Notes under the pieces: model-generated | The model's database searches: none | Told to the model about the DNA's origin: nothing | What the model saw: only the letters and a program-made list of their open reading frames with translations | Assembly (NCBI GenBank): GCA_963738065.1 | Contig: CAVTVO010000037.1 | Span: 1,688-65,687, forward strand | DNA length: 64,000 nucleotides | Reading direction: 5' to 3' | From: an uncultured Alphaproteobacteria bacterium | Lineage (GTDB): Bacteria; Pseudomonadota; Alphaproteobacteria; Rhizobiales; Hyphomicrobiaceae | Part shown: in pieces, positions 31,923 through 42,135 of the stretch | Layout: each line of letters starts with the position of its first letter | How positions within the stretch are numbered: the first letter of the stretch is position 1 | Program-made: the position numbers and the translations under genes

Positions 31923-33016
31923 CTATTGCGGGGTGAGCACCCAGTTGCCCGCGGCATTGCGCAAGCTCAGGCCCTGCTGCGCCAGGGCCTCGCGCGAGCC
32001 GTTGCGCGCCTTCCGCATAGCGCAGCGTCACGCGCGCACCGCGCGCGGAAAGTCCCGCTACCTCCAGCTCCTCGACGCCGGGAGTGGCGCCGAGCTTGCG
32101 GCTGATGTCCTGCCATTCGCTCATGCCACGGAACTCCACCGCGATCAGCAGGTCGGTGTCGCCGCCGGCGGCCGCCCCGCCGCCGCCGCGCGATTTGATC
32201 GCCTTCCAGCGGCCTTCCAGGATGCCGAGCGAGACGACGGCGGCGAGCTCGCTCGTGTAGCCGGGGTCGCTGGCATCGATGCGGTAGGCGCGCTTGAGCG
32301 TGAAGGCCCCGACCGCATCTCGGCCGCTCAGCGTCACATTGAGGCGATTGGTGCTGGTATCGCGCTCCGCCACGGCGATCAGCACATATTCGCTGCCGTA
32401 GGCGGCAACCAGCGCGCGGATCGCCCGGCCGTCGCCTCCGGACAGGGACTCGACGGCGGCCGGCGCAATCTCCTTCTTGAGCTTTTGCAGCTTGACGGGC
32501 GCCAGCGCGTGGTCGAGGTCGAGGCCTTTCCAGACGTCGGTCCACGCCGGCGTGCTCATGCGGCGGGGCGGTGCCGGTGCGCCAGAGAGGGATGAGGATG
32601 ACGGCGGGGGCCTGCTCGTCCGTGAAAGGGATGCCCTCGCGGCGCAGCAGATCGCGCACGGCCTTCGACTGGAACGAGAAGTCGAGGCTGGCGATGTAAT
32701 CCGTGGAGGAGTTGCGCTCGGAGCGGACCCTGACGCCCTCGATGAGGTCGCCTGCCGGCACGTCGGCAAGCTGCTTGATGCGCGCATAGGCCGTAACCCT
32801 GACCAGCCGCTTGAGCAGGGAGCGGAAGGCGGCCTGCTGGCCGTCGGCCAGCGCCTTCTCCTTGGCGGCGACGGCATTGTCCGCGCGCGCCTCGACGGGA
32901 TAGTTGCCGACGGTGAACACCTCTTCGGCGGCGCTAGCCCCGTGCGAGCCACCGACCGCGATCGATGCAGCAATCGCCAGCAGCAGGGTCTGCCGGTCGA
33001 ATCCGACGCGCCGCAC
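31923..33016 (-). pseudogene. DUF2066-like exported protein; frameshifts ~32580 and ~31990 as sequenced
   Basis: Signal peptide [29 protein letters not shown], then [34 protein letters not shown].... Later parts are in ORF 31837..33141, and the end is ...AQQGLSLRNAAGNWVLTPQ*. Confidence 0.6.
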
Positions 33017-33183
33017 CGCCCCTCGCGCACGTGCCTGTGTGGTCGCTCATTCCCCGCCCTTCCACCCCGTCGATCCACTGCTACGGGGCGCTCCGACCCT
33101 ACCGATTTCCCGCCCGGGTCTGCTATGCCCGCATACTCCAAAGACCATTGGGGCGAAAGTTGGGACGAGGCCGCAGGACCGCC

Positions 33184-34300
33184 ATGCCAGGACGCCGGCC
33201 AGCAACCGTCCGTCGATCTCCTATCGCGACGCTGGCGTTGATATCGACGCCGGCAATGCCCTGGTGGAGGCGATCAAGCCGCTTGCCAGGTCGACGCGGC
33301 GTCGGGGGGCCGATGCCGACCTCGGCGGCTTCGGCGCTTTGTTCGACCTCAAGGCCGCTGGCTTCGAGGACCCGATCCTGGTGGCGTCCAACGACGGCGT
33401 CGGCACCAAGCTCAAGATCGCCATCGAGACCGGCCTGCACGCCACCATCGGCATCGACCTCGTCGCCATGTGCGTCAACGACCTGCTGGCGCAGGGCGCC
33501 GAGCCGCTGTTCTTCCTCGACTATTTCGCGTGCGGCAAGCTCGACGTGGAGACTGCGCGGGCGGTGGTGGCCGGCATCGCCGAGGGCTGCCGCCAGGCCG
33601 GCTGCGCGCTCAGCGGCGGCGAGACCGCCGAGATGCCCGGCATGTATGCGCAGGAGGACTATGACCTCGCGGGTTTTGCCGTCGGCGCGGTGGAGCGTGG
33701 GCAGATCCTGCCGCGCACCGATGTCGTTGTCGGCGACAGGCTGATCGGTCTTGCCTCCTCGGGCGTGCACTCCAATGGCTATTCGCTGGTGCGGCGGCTG
33801 GCGGCAGCGGAGAAGCTTGCCTGGTCGCGCGCCCGCGCCGTTCGATACGGCGCAGGACGCTGGCGGAAGCGCTGCTGGTGCCGACGCGCATCTACGTGAG
33901 GCCGGTGCTGGGTGCGATCCGCGCGACACAAGCCATCAAGGCTGTCGCTCATATCACCGGCGGCGGGCTGTCGGAGAACCTGCCGCGCGTGCTGCCAGCG
34001 GGCTTCGCCGCCCATGTCGATCTCGCAACCTGGAGGGCGCCGGCGGTGTTCGGCTGGCTCGCGCGAGCCGGCAGGCTCGACGACGCGGAGATGCTGCGCA
34101 CCTTCAATTGCGGCATCGGCCTCGTGCTGGTGGTGGCCGGGGACCAGGCGGATGGCGTGGCAGCGGCGCTCGCGGCTGCCGGAGAGGCGCCGATAGCTAT
34201 CGGCGAGATCGAGGCTGGCCGCGGGGCCAAAACGCAAGCCAAGGGCAAGGGCGAGGCGGAGGCCGTGCGCTACTCGGGCAAGTTGAGCTTCCAGGCATGA
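33184..34300 (+). pseudogene. purM: Phosphoribosylformylglycinamidine cyclo-ligase (AIR synthetase); at least 3 frameshifts (~33200, ~33825, ~33858)
   Basis: ...[23 protein letters not shown]...GGFGALFDL...[12 protein letters not shown]...[10 protein letters not shown]...[11 protein letters not shown]...[11 protein letters not shown]...|[11 protein letters not shown]...HITGGGLSENLPR. Confidence 0.92.
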
Positions 34301-34951
34301 CCAGCAGGAAGCGCGTCGGCATTCTCATCTCTGGGCGCGGCTCCAACATGGCCGCGCTGATCGAGGCGGCGCGTGCTCCCGACTTTCCCGCCGAGATCGC
34401 CGTCGTCGTCTCGAACCGGCCGGACGCGCCCGGGCTAGCGCGCGCTCGCGCCAGCCGGCATCGAGGCCGCTCGCCATCGACCACAAGCATTTGCCACGCG
34501 CGAGGCCTTCGATGGCGCGGTGGAGCAGGCCCTCCTCGCGGCGGGGGTCGAACTCGTCTGCCACGCCGGCTTCATGCGCATCCAGAGCGAGGCCTTTGCC
34601 GCGCGCTGGCTCGGCCGGCAGCTCAACATCCACCCCTCCCTGCTCCCGGCCTTCAAAGGGCTCAACCCGCATCAGCAGGCGCTCGATGCCGGCGTGCGCA
34701 TCTCCGGCTGCACGGTGCACTTTGTCACACCCGAGCTCGATGCCGGCCCGATCGTCGCTCAGGCGGCCGTCCCGGTCGCTGCGGGAGACAGCGTCGAGAC
34801 GCTGGCTGATCGAATCCTGACTGCCGAGCACAGGCTTTATCCGTTGGCGCTACAGCTGGTTGCGGGAGGCGGTGCGCGGCTGGAGGGGGGTCGCGTGGTT
34901 TTGCAAGAGAGCGTTAACTCGCAGGAGTGCTTAATCTCCCCGCCCCTCTGA
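34297..34951 (+). pseudogene. purN: Phosphoribosylglycinamide formyltransferase; several indels within 34440-34495
   Basis: ATGA overlap with purM; RVGILISGRGSNMAALIEAA...VVVSNRPDAPGL...|...VCHAGFMRI...LNIHPSLLPAFKGLNPHQQAL...GCTVHFVTPELDAGPIV. Confidence 0.9.
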
Positions 34952-35153
34952 GGGGCCGGGTAGACGCCACACCGGTGCGAAAAAACCGCGCGCCGGCGGC
35001 GTCAAATATGGACAGGCCGGAGAGGCCGATGCTACCAGTCGGATCAATCGGCTGGCGAGAATTTTCAATCGCGCCAAGGGCCTGGTCGGGGAGACGAGGG
35101 GGAGGATCGCGCGAGCGGCGGACACCGCCGCGCACCGTTGCGTGCTTTTGAGG

Positions 35154-36539
35154 ATGAAGCCTTTGTCAACGGGGTCCGTGGAGATGAACGCGCCGGTTTC
35201 CCATATCGATCAGCTGGGCGAGGAATCCTCCGTCTGGTTCCAGCTCTCGCCGCTGCTCAAGGCGCCGAACAATCCTCTCACCATTCTCATGCGGATGGCC
35301 GAGCGCTACGGCGGCGTCATCCCCGTCAACATGGCCAACCAGCGCATCGTGCTGCTCACCGAGCCCGAGCACTTCAAGCGCGTGCTCGTCACCAAGGCCG
35401 ACGACTACATCAAGTATTTCGACGGGCTGAAGCCGATCTTCGGCAAGTCGATGATCACCCACGACGGCGTGCTCTGGCAGAAGATCCGCATGCCGCAGCA
35501 GCCGGCGTTCCACCCCGACATGTTCGCCGAGTACATCCCCTATTTCCTCGCCGCCATCCGCACCAAGATGGAGCTGTGGGCGCGCTTGGCCCAGACCGGC
35601 GAGACCTTCGAGATGGTGGAGCAGACCTGGACGCTGGCCGCGGACATGATCTGCAAGGCGCTGTTCGACCGCGAGATGCCCTTCAACCCGCACTTCGTCT
35701 TCAAGTGCGTGAAGACCTACACCGACGTGATGAACCACAAGGCCATCCGCCTCAAGAAGGTGGCCGGCGAGGAGTTCGAGATCACGGAGGAGAACGCCGC
35801 CAAGGCCATGGAGGTCTGGGGCGGGGTGCCGCCGGAGGTGTTCGCCGCCGATCCGCGCGAGCAGCGCGAGCGCACCCTGCTCAAGATGATCGAGGCGGCG
35901 GTCGCCGATCCGAGCATCCCCGAGTTCGACCAGCAGCAGGCCATCGACGAGCTCAAGCAGTACCTTTGGGCCGGCACCGAGACCACGGCGCTGACCTTGG
36001 CCTGGGCGCTCTACGAGACGTCCAAGCGCCCCGAGGCGGCCGAGCGCATCCGCCGCGAGGGCGAGGCCGTCTACGGCGACCGCGAGCCGACGGCGGCCGA
36101 CTACTCCGCGCTCGCCTACACCCGCGCGGTGATCCAGGAGACCATGCGGCTCTATCCGCCGATCTGGATGCTGATCCGCGTCGCGGCCAAGCCCGACGTG
36201 ATCGACGGCAAGGAGATTCGCGTCGGTGACCGCATCGCGCTGTTTGCCTACGGCGCCCACCACAGCCCGAAATACTGGAAGGACCCGGAGGCATTCAGCC
36301 CCGAGCGCTGGCTCGGCGACGCCGCCAAGAAGCGCATCCCCTACACCTACCTGCCCTTCGGCGGAGGCAAGCGCTCCTGCATCGGCGGCGCCATGAGCCA
36401 GGTGGAGAACACGCTGGCGCTGTCGATCCTGCTGCGCCGCTTCCGCCCCGAGTACGTCGGCCGCGAGCCCCCCGGCATCAACGCCACCGTCACGCTCACC
36501 CCCAAGGGCGGCCTGCCGTTCAAGATCCGGGCGAGCTGA
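35154..36539 (+). CDS. Cytochrome P450
   Basis: WAGTETTA (I-helix), ETMRLYPP (ExxR), FGGGKRSCIGGAMS (heme Cys loop). Start is uncertain (35142, 35154 or 35184). Confidence 0.92.
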   Translation: MKPLSTGSVEMNAPVSHIDQLGEESSVWFQLSPLLKAPNNPLTILMRMAERYGGVIPVNMANQRIVLLTEPEHFKRVLVTKADDYIKYFDGLKPIFGKSMITHDGVLWQKIRMPQQPAFHPDMFAEYIPYFLAAIRTKMELWARLAQTGETFEMVEQTWTLAADMICKALFDREMPFNPHFVFKCVKTYTDVMNHKAIRLKKVAGEEFEITEENAAKAMEVWGGVPPEVFAADPREQRERTLLKMIEAAVADPSIPEFDQQQAIDELKQYLWAGTETTALTLAWALYETSKRPEAAERIRREGEAVYGDREPTAADYSALAYTRAVIQETMRLYPPIWMLIRVAAKPDVIDGKEIRVGDRIALFAYGAHHSPKYWKDPEAFSPERWLGDAAKKRIPYTYLPFGGGKRSCIGGAMSQVENTLALSILLRRFRPEYVGREPPGINATVTLTPKGGLPFKIRAS

Positions 36540-36974
36540 GCTGAGGTTCCCACAGCCCGGGCCGCAGCCGCGCGATCGCCTCGACCTCGATCAGGAACTC
36601 CGGCTTCACCAGCCGGTTGATGACGAGAGCGTGTTGGGCGGATACTTGCCGCCTGGGAACAGCTTCGGGAACAGCGCCGCCCGCGCCGACATGAACGCTG
36701 GGATGAAGTCGGCGCTGGTGATGTAGGTCGTGAGCTGCACCACCTGCTCGAAGTCGGCGCCGAGGTCCTTGAGGATCTTGCCCAGGTTGTCGAACACGAC
36801 CGGCACCTGCGCCGCGACATCTCCCACACCCACCGGCGTGCCCTTCGCATCGATGGCGACCTGCCCGGCGATGAAGGCGATCTCGCCCGGCGTCATGCGC
36901 GCGACATGGCTGTACATGCCCTGCGCCGGCGCGGCGCTCGGCGGATTGACATAGGTGACGCCTGACTTGGCCAT
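36520..36974 (-). pseudogene. RidA/YjgF-family protein; frameshift ~36625; reconstructed 3' end overlaps the P450 stop by ~20 nt
   Basis: MAKSGVTYVNPPSAAPAQGMYSHVARM...IAFIAGQVAID...VVQLTTYI...PPNTL|VVINRLVKPEFLIEVEAIA. Confidence 0.8.
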
Positions 36975-37194
36975 GGTGTGCTCCTGTATGACCGTGGTCG
37001 GGCGAAGCTTAGCGCGTTTGCGGTCTGGAGCCAGCATCCGTATCCAAAAGCCGACCTGCGCGCGTTGCGGTGCGTGTCAGCTACGCCTCTCGGCATCTCA
37101 GGGGTCGACAGAAACTGGATCGGTGCATATGGCCGAGCGGCGGGCCGAAGTAACCGCCTGCTGCTTCATGGCGGCAATAAATGCAATCCGGCGC

Positions 37195-37920
37195 TCAAAG
37201 TTTGAAGCCGGCCATCTGGCCGTCATTGTAGAACATTTTCACGGTATCGAGCGAGAACTCACCGAGATCCTTGCCCGCCGTCGCGAGCTTCTTGAAGATG
37301 TCGGGAGTGACTGTAATGACATGACAGCCGATCTCGTTCGCCTGGAATACATTGAGAACTTCGCGGGGGCTTGCCCAGATCACCTCCATGCCGCCGGCCG
37401 CGTTGCAAGCCTCAACCGCGTGGCGCATGAACGGCAAGGGGTCACGTCCGGTGTCGGCAATGCGCCCTGCAAAGACCGAAACATAGGAATGCTTCGTACC
37501 TTTGAGGGCGTCCACCACCTCGTCGATCTGCGGCACCGTCAAGATGGCCGTGATGTTGAGCTGCACTCCTTGCTTCACCAGCCGGCGGATCAGCGGTGCC
37601 GCGCTTTGAGTTTTTGTATTGGTGACCGGGATCTTGACGAAGACATTGCTTCCCCAGGCCGCGATCTTGAGAGCCTGCCGCTCCATATCGTCGAAGTCGT
37701 CGGTAAATACCTCGAATGAGATCGGCCGGTCCTTGATCTGCGTCAGGATGTCCTTGGCGAAGCCTTCGTAGTCGGAGAGACCCGCCTGTCGCATCAGCGT
37801 TGGATTGGTCGTGAAACCTTTGATCGCCTTGTTGGCGTAAAGCTCCAGCATCCGCGCCTTGTCGGCGCCGTCAGCAAAGATTTGGATCTTTAGCGCCGCA
37901 ACACTCGGTTTCATGACCAT
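37195..37920 (-). CDS. Transaldolase-family protein (short, Fsa/TalC-like)
   Basis: KIQIFADGADKARMLELYANKAIKGFTTNPTLM...NVFVKIPVT...LNITAI...YVSVFAGRI. Confidence 0.85.
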   Translation of the reverse strand: MVMKPSVAALKIQIFADGADKARMLELYANKAIKGFTTNPTLMRQAGLSDYEGFAKDILTQIKDRPISFEVFTDDFDDMERQALKIAAWGSNVFVKIPVTNTKTQSAAPLIRRLVKQGVQLNITAILTVPQIDEVVDALKGTKHSYVSVFAGRIADTGRDPLPFMRHAVEACNAAGGMEVIWASPREVLNVFQANEIGCHVITVTPDIFKKLATAGKDLGEFSLDTVKMFYNDGQMAGFKL

Positions 37921-37926
37921 CCCTTT

Positions 37927-38499
37927 CTACGGTATCGCTGCGATGAGGTCCGGCACGGCCGCTGCAAGCGACGTCGTGGCAATATCGGGCTTCTCCGGGC
38001 GCCGCTCGGCATAGCCATAGTCGAGGAAAACGGTGCGGCAGCCCGCTGCTCGTCCCGCCTCCACGTCCCGCCATCGGTCACCGACCATGAAGCTCGTGGG
38101 GAGATCGACGTTCCATCTCCGTGCCGCGGTGAGAAGAAGGCCGGGTTTCGGCTTGCGGCACTCGCATTCATCCGCATCGTCATGCGGGCAGACGCAGACT
38201 TCGTCAAGCCCCAGCCGCATCTGCAGCTCTGCATTGATGGCGTCGACCATCCCTTTTTCCGTCTTGCCGCGAGCGATATCGGGTTGGTTGGTCACGACGA
38301 TGAGCAGAAATCCGGCCCTCTTGAGACGAGAGCAAGCATCTTCAACGCCTGGCAGCAGGACCATCTCGGCCAAGGATGCTGGCGGATAAGGCCGGCGGTT
38401 GCGGACCTCCGCGGCGACGAGCACGCCATCGCGATCGAGAAAGACCGCCCGGCGCTGCGTGCTTGCTTCGCGCATGGCCGTATCCGCAGGCATCGACAC
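37927..38499 (-). CDS. gmhB: HAD-IIIA phosphatase, GmhB-like (D,D-heptose 1,7-bisphosphate phosphatase family)
   Basis: VFLDRDGVL...VVTNQPDIARG...CPHDDADECECRKPKPGLL...MVGDRWRDVEAG. Confidence 0.8.
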   Translation of the reverse strand: MSMPADTAMREASTQRRAVFLDRDGVLVAAEVRNRRPYPPASLAEMVLLPGVEDACSRLKRAGFLLIVVTNQPDIARGKTEKGMVDAINAELQMRLGLDEVCVCPHDDADECECRKPKPGLLLTAARRWNVDLPTSFMVGDRWRDVEAGRAAGCRTVFLDYGYAERRPEKPDIATTSLAAAVPDLIAAIP

Positions 38500-39096
38500 C
38501 TAGCGAACGGACTCCCATTTGGTCGCCGCAGCCTTGAGCGCTGGATGGCTGACCAACAGATGCCAAATGACCGCCGCGATGCCTTCTGTGTGCGGGGTCA
38601 CGCGATCGGAGTACAGAGGCGGAATGACGACACACGCGGTCGCATGCACCTTCGTGTAGCCGCCGTTGCGACCGACGATCCCATAGATGCTCGCACCGCA
38701 AGACTTTGCGGTATCGATCGCGCGCATCAGGTTGACGGACACGTTCTTGGCCTTGTCGCCCCCGCCCACGGAGAATATCAGGAGGGCGTCGCGCGCAGTG
38801 ATCCGCGAGCCCTTGAGCCATGCCTCAAACACCGTCTCCCAACCCTCGTCATTGGTGCGCGCGGTGAGCTCGGAGACATTGTCGGTTGGTGCATAGGCTT
38901 CGAAGGCGCAGATTTTGCGAAAGTCATTGACGGCATGGCTCGCATGCCCAGCCGAGCCGCCGACACCGAGAATGAAAAGCCGGCCTCCCCTGTCTCGAAC
39001 GTCGGCAAGTCCGCTTGCAACCGCTTCGATCACGGAGACATCCAGCGCGGAGAGGATGTCGGTCGTTTCCTTCAGAAACTCGGACGCGAAGGACAT
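38500..39096 (-). CDS. gmhA: SIS-domain sugar-phosphate isomerase, GmhA-like
   Basis: GGRLFILGVGGSAGHASHAVNDF...LLIFSVGGG...; its stop abuts the gmhB-like start. Confidence 0.75.
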   Translation of the reverse strand: MSFASEFLKETTDILSALDVSVIEAVASGLADVRDRGGRLFILGVGGSAGHASHAVNDFRKICAFEAYAPTDNVSELTARTNDEGWETVFEAWLKGSRITARDALLIFSVGGGDKAKNVSVNLMRAIDTAKSCGASIYGIVGRNGGYTKVHATACVVIPPLYSDRVTPHTEGIAAVIWHLLVSHPALKAAATKWESVR

Positions 39097-39346
39097 GGTG
39101 CTTTTCTCGAGATGTCGAAATTTGCGTGCTCGCGAGACCTGGCTTCAGTCGGGCGGCGGGTGGGCACGTACGGCGCGACGGCGATCTCGGCAGTCTGGTC
39201 CGTCGAGCTATCGTGCACTCATCTGGCCTCGAACGAACGACGGCATTTCGCATGTATTGCGCCCAAGGCAGTGGATAGAAGAGTGCTGCTATCCCTGTCA
39301 AGGGCGTGGCCGCGCTCACTTGTGTGGGCCGGCCGAGGAGGAGAAT

Positions 39347-40219
39347 CTAGTCGTGCGCGCCAGAGTGAGTGCCGATCTCGAGCAAGACGATTTCCGGCGG
39401 AGTGCCAATGCGGATCGGCAGTCCGCTCGTCCCGATGCCGCTGGTAACATAGAGCAAGCGGCCGTCCTTCTCCACGAGCCCGTAAGCCCAGTGCCGGGGA
39501 GCCCGGCTAGCAGTAATCAGCGCACCAATTCCGGGGAGCCTGATTTGCCCGCCGTGGGTATGTCCGGCCAGCGTCAGGTGCGGTCCTTGCGGGACGTGGG
39601 CAAACCAAATCGGATCGTGTGCCAACACGATGGTCGGCTCGTTGCCGAGGCTAGCAAGTAGTGCATGGGCTGAAGGACGCATGATGCGGGCATCAGGGAT
39701 GCCAACGATGTGGAAGCTTCGGCCTTCGAAGTCGGCACTCCGACGCTCGTCATCGAGCACCTCGATTCCGGCCTTCCGCAACGCGTCGGCGATCTCCTGC
39801 TCGCCATATGCGATGTCGTGGTTGCCGAGTACAGCAAACCGGCCAACGGGACCGACAAGATCGGCCAGGATCGACGCCACGACCCGCGGTGGCACACGGC
39901 CGCCGCCGAATAGCTGCATGTTGACATAGTCGCCCCCGAGCAGCACGAGATGGGGGCGAAGCTTGTTGGCCTCCGCAACTATCGTGCGCAACCGCGCAAC
40001 GTCGCGCGCGTGGGAGCCGGTGTGGAAATCGGACAGCAACGCGACACGCAGTGGCCGCGACCAAGCGGGCCAACCTGCGAGTTGGAGTGCGAGTTGCCGG
40101 ACAACGAGGGGTTGGGCGCGGCTGAGACGCTCGAATAGGCCTTTTCGGCCGCGCTCGTCCGTGAATGGCGGCCGCAGCAAGTCACGGACGAAGCGGTCAT
40201 ACGACATGCACGCAAGCAT
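39347..40219 (-). CDS. Metallophosphoesterase (YaeI-like)
   Basis: LSDFHTG...LLGGDYV...LGNHD...LAHDP...GHTHGGQ motifs. Confidence 0.8.
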   Translation of the reverse strand: MLACMSYDRFVRDLLRPPFTDERGRKGLFERLSRAQPLVVRQLALQLAGWPAWSRPLRVALLSDFHTGSHARDVARLRTIVAEANKLRPHLVLLGGDYVNMQLFGGGRVPPRVVASILADLVGPVGRFAVLGNHDIAYGEQEIADALRKAGIEVLDDERRSADFEGRSFHIVGIPDARIMRPSAHALLASLGNEPTIVLAHDPIWFAHVPQGPHLTLAGHTHGGQIRLPGIGALITASRAPRHWAYGLVEKDGRLLYVTSGIGTSGLPIRIGTPPEIVLLEIGTHSGAHD

Positions 40220-40401
40220 GTCTTGCCAGCTTGACCCGCCAAGTGGTCGCCGCGGCCGGTGCCGCCCTCAGGAGCATTGGATTGCGCCGCAGATGATTGT
40301 GGCCGCGCGTGCGGCGCATTGCGGTCGAGATCGATGCGCCTTCTCGGCGCGTTTGCAGCCCAGTCCCGATGAGCGCGACGTGCATCGCCCCAACCCCCAC
40401 C

Positions 40402-41709
40402 TTATGCCTTGGGATGCCTACCTCGGCCGATCGCGTCATATGCGAAGCCGAGGCCGGTAAGCTGATCGGCATTCCACAGGCCGGCCGTGTCGAGCACGTA
40501 AGGCTTGGCCATGCGGCTCTTGATCGCCGCGAAATCGAGATCGCTGTATTCCTTCCATGGGGTCATCAGAACCAATGCATCCGCTCCGCCGACCGCGGCG
40601 AGCGGATCTTCGAAGAAGGTGAATTCGGAGTGCGCCCTCAGCTCGTCCCTGCTGGCGCGAGGGTCGTGCGCATTCACTTTGGCACCACGCCGCAACAGGT
40701 CGCCGATCACCTCGATCGCGGCGGATCGGCGCAACGTGCTCGTATCGGGCTTGTAGGTGAGCCCCAGCACGGCCACGCGCGCGGTGGCGAGATCGGGGAT
40801 GACTTGGGCGAGCTTGCGCACGACCAGGTGGTTCTGCTCCGAGTTGGCAAGCCACGCCCCGTCGAGCAAAGGCGTGCCGAGATCGAAGCGCCGGCCGAGC
40901 CGACGCAACGTCTGCATGTCGCGCGCGAGCGTGCCGCCGGAGAAGCCCAGTCCCGGCAGCAGCATGGCCTTGGTGCCGACGCGCGGTTCCAATCGCAGCA
41001 ACTCGCCGACACGCTTGCCATCGGCGCCGACCGCGTCGCAAAGGTTGCCGAGCTCGTTTGCGAAGCAGATGCTCAGCCCGAGGAAGCCGTTGAGCGCGTG
41101 CTTCATCATCTCCCCGGTGCGCACGCTCACCTGATGCCATTTGTCGGCGAGTGGGCCGATGATCGTCAGCAGGCGCTCGAAGGCGGCCGGGTCGTCACAT
41201 CCGATCACCGGCAACGCCGGTGCCATGAAGCGCTCGATGGCTTGGCCGAGCCGGAGATTTTCCGGCTGGTAGGCGATCGTGGCGGATGCGTTCGGCGCGA
41301 CCCTACTCACCAAGTCCTTCAGCGCGCCGCAGGTCCCGACCGGAACTTGTGCCGTCACGAGGATGACCGCGCTCGGCTGTAGCGCTGGCGCAACGGTTTC
41401 GAGGGTCTGGAATATCTCGCTCAAATCGCTCTCGTCGTTCTCGTCCACCGGGGTATCGAACATGACGAACACGAAGGGGGTGTCGCGGACGGCTTGTGCA
41501 TGATCCGTCGTGAAGGCCAATCGGCCGGAATTCACGCCCTTGGCGATCAGGTCGTTCAGCCCAGGCTCGAACAGCGGTGCCTGACCTGCCTGCAGGCGCG
41601 CCACGCGTTCGACATCCCCATCCGCACCGATCACCTCGTGGCCCATCTCGGCGAGGCACGCGGCACCGACGACGCCCTGGTGCCAAAGGCCGAGAACGGC
41701 AATCTTCAT
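40402..41709 (-). CDS. Nucleotide-sugar dehydrogenase (UDP-glucose/GDP-mannose dehydrogenase family)
   Basis: MKIAVLGLWHQGVVGAACLA...; ...GLGFSGGTLARD...; GLTYKPDTSTLRRS. Confidence 0.88.
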   Translation of the reverse strand: MKIAVLGLWHQGVVGAACLAEMGHEVIGADGDVERVARLQAGQAPLFEPGLNDLIAKGVNSGRLAFTTDHAQAVRDTPFVFVMFDTPVDENDESDLSEIFQTLETVAPALQPSAVILVTAQVPVGTCGALKDLVSRVAPNASATIAYQPENLRLGQAIERFMAPALPVIGCDDPAAFERLLTIIGPLADKWHQVSVRTGEMMKHALNGFLGLSICFANELGNLCDAVGADGKRVGELLRLEPRVGTKAMLLPGLGFSGGTLARDMQTLRRLGRRFDLGTPLLDGAWLANSEQNHLVVRKLAQVIPDLATARVAVLGLTYKPDTSTLRRSAAIEVIGDLLRRGAKVNAHDPRASRDELRAHSEFTFFEDPLAAVGGADALVLMTPWKEYSDLDFAAIKSRMAKPYVLDTAGLWNADQLTGLGFAYDAIGRGRHPKA

Positions 41710-41770
41710 CGGACCCACACCTGGCTATCGGGCTTGTCGAGCATGTGGCGAATTGCGATTCGCACCGAGT

Positions 41771-41800
41771 GATCGCGAGGTGCCTGATCGCGAGGTGCCA
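41771..41800. repeat. 2 x 15-nt tandem duplication GATCGCGAGGTGCC(T/A) in the divergent spacer
   Basis: read directly; 29/30 identical. Confidence 0.9.
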
Positions 41801-42135
41801 TCGTGTTGGCTAGGTTCGAGCCGAGCAATCCCGCTCCGCCAAGGACGAAGCGGTTCCCTATGGCCCAAACGAGGGGGACCGTCAACGACGAGCTGGACGC
41901 ATGGGCAGAACACCGACCAAGACGGCGACAGACGAAACGCGACGCCCTGGAGCCGAGCCACGTCCGCTGCTTCAAGGTTGTGAACGATCCGCGGTTCGAA
42001 GCCCCAGATGCCTTCGAAGGTGTCAATTCGGACTACCAAGCGCTAGACTTGAGCGGACTGTTTTGCAGACCAGGCTCACCGGGCATGCCCGACCGTTCAT
42101 GGAGCACCCTGCATGATCTGGAGGAATAGTTTGCG

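Noticed and set aside
41706-42026. Annotating the minus ORF as an NAD-dependent epimerase because of GGAGLLG
   Set aside because: The motif sits ~30 codons before the stop of a ~100-codon ORF. That is incompatible with a ~300-aa epimerase. The rest of the translation is Ser/Arg-rich. It is reported only as an unresolved region.
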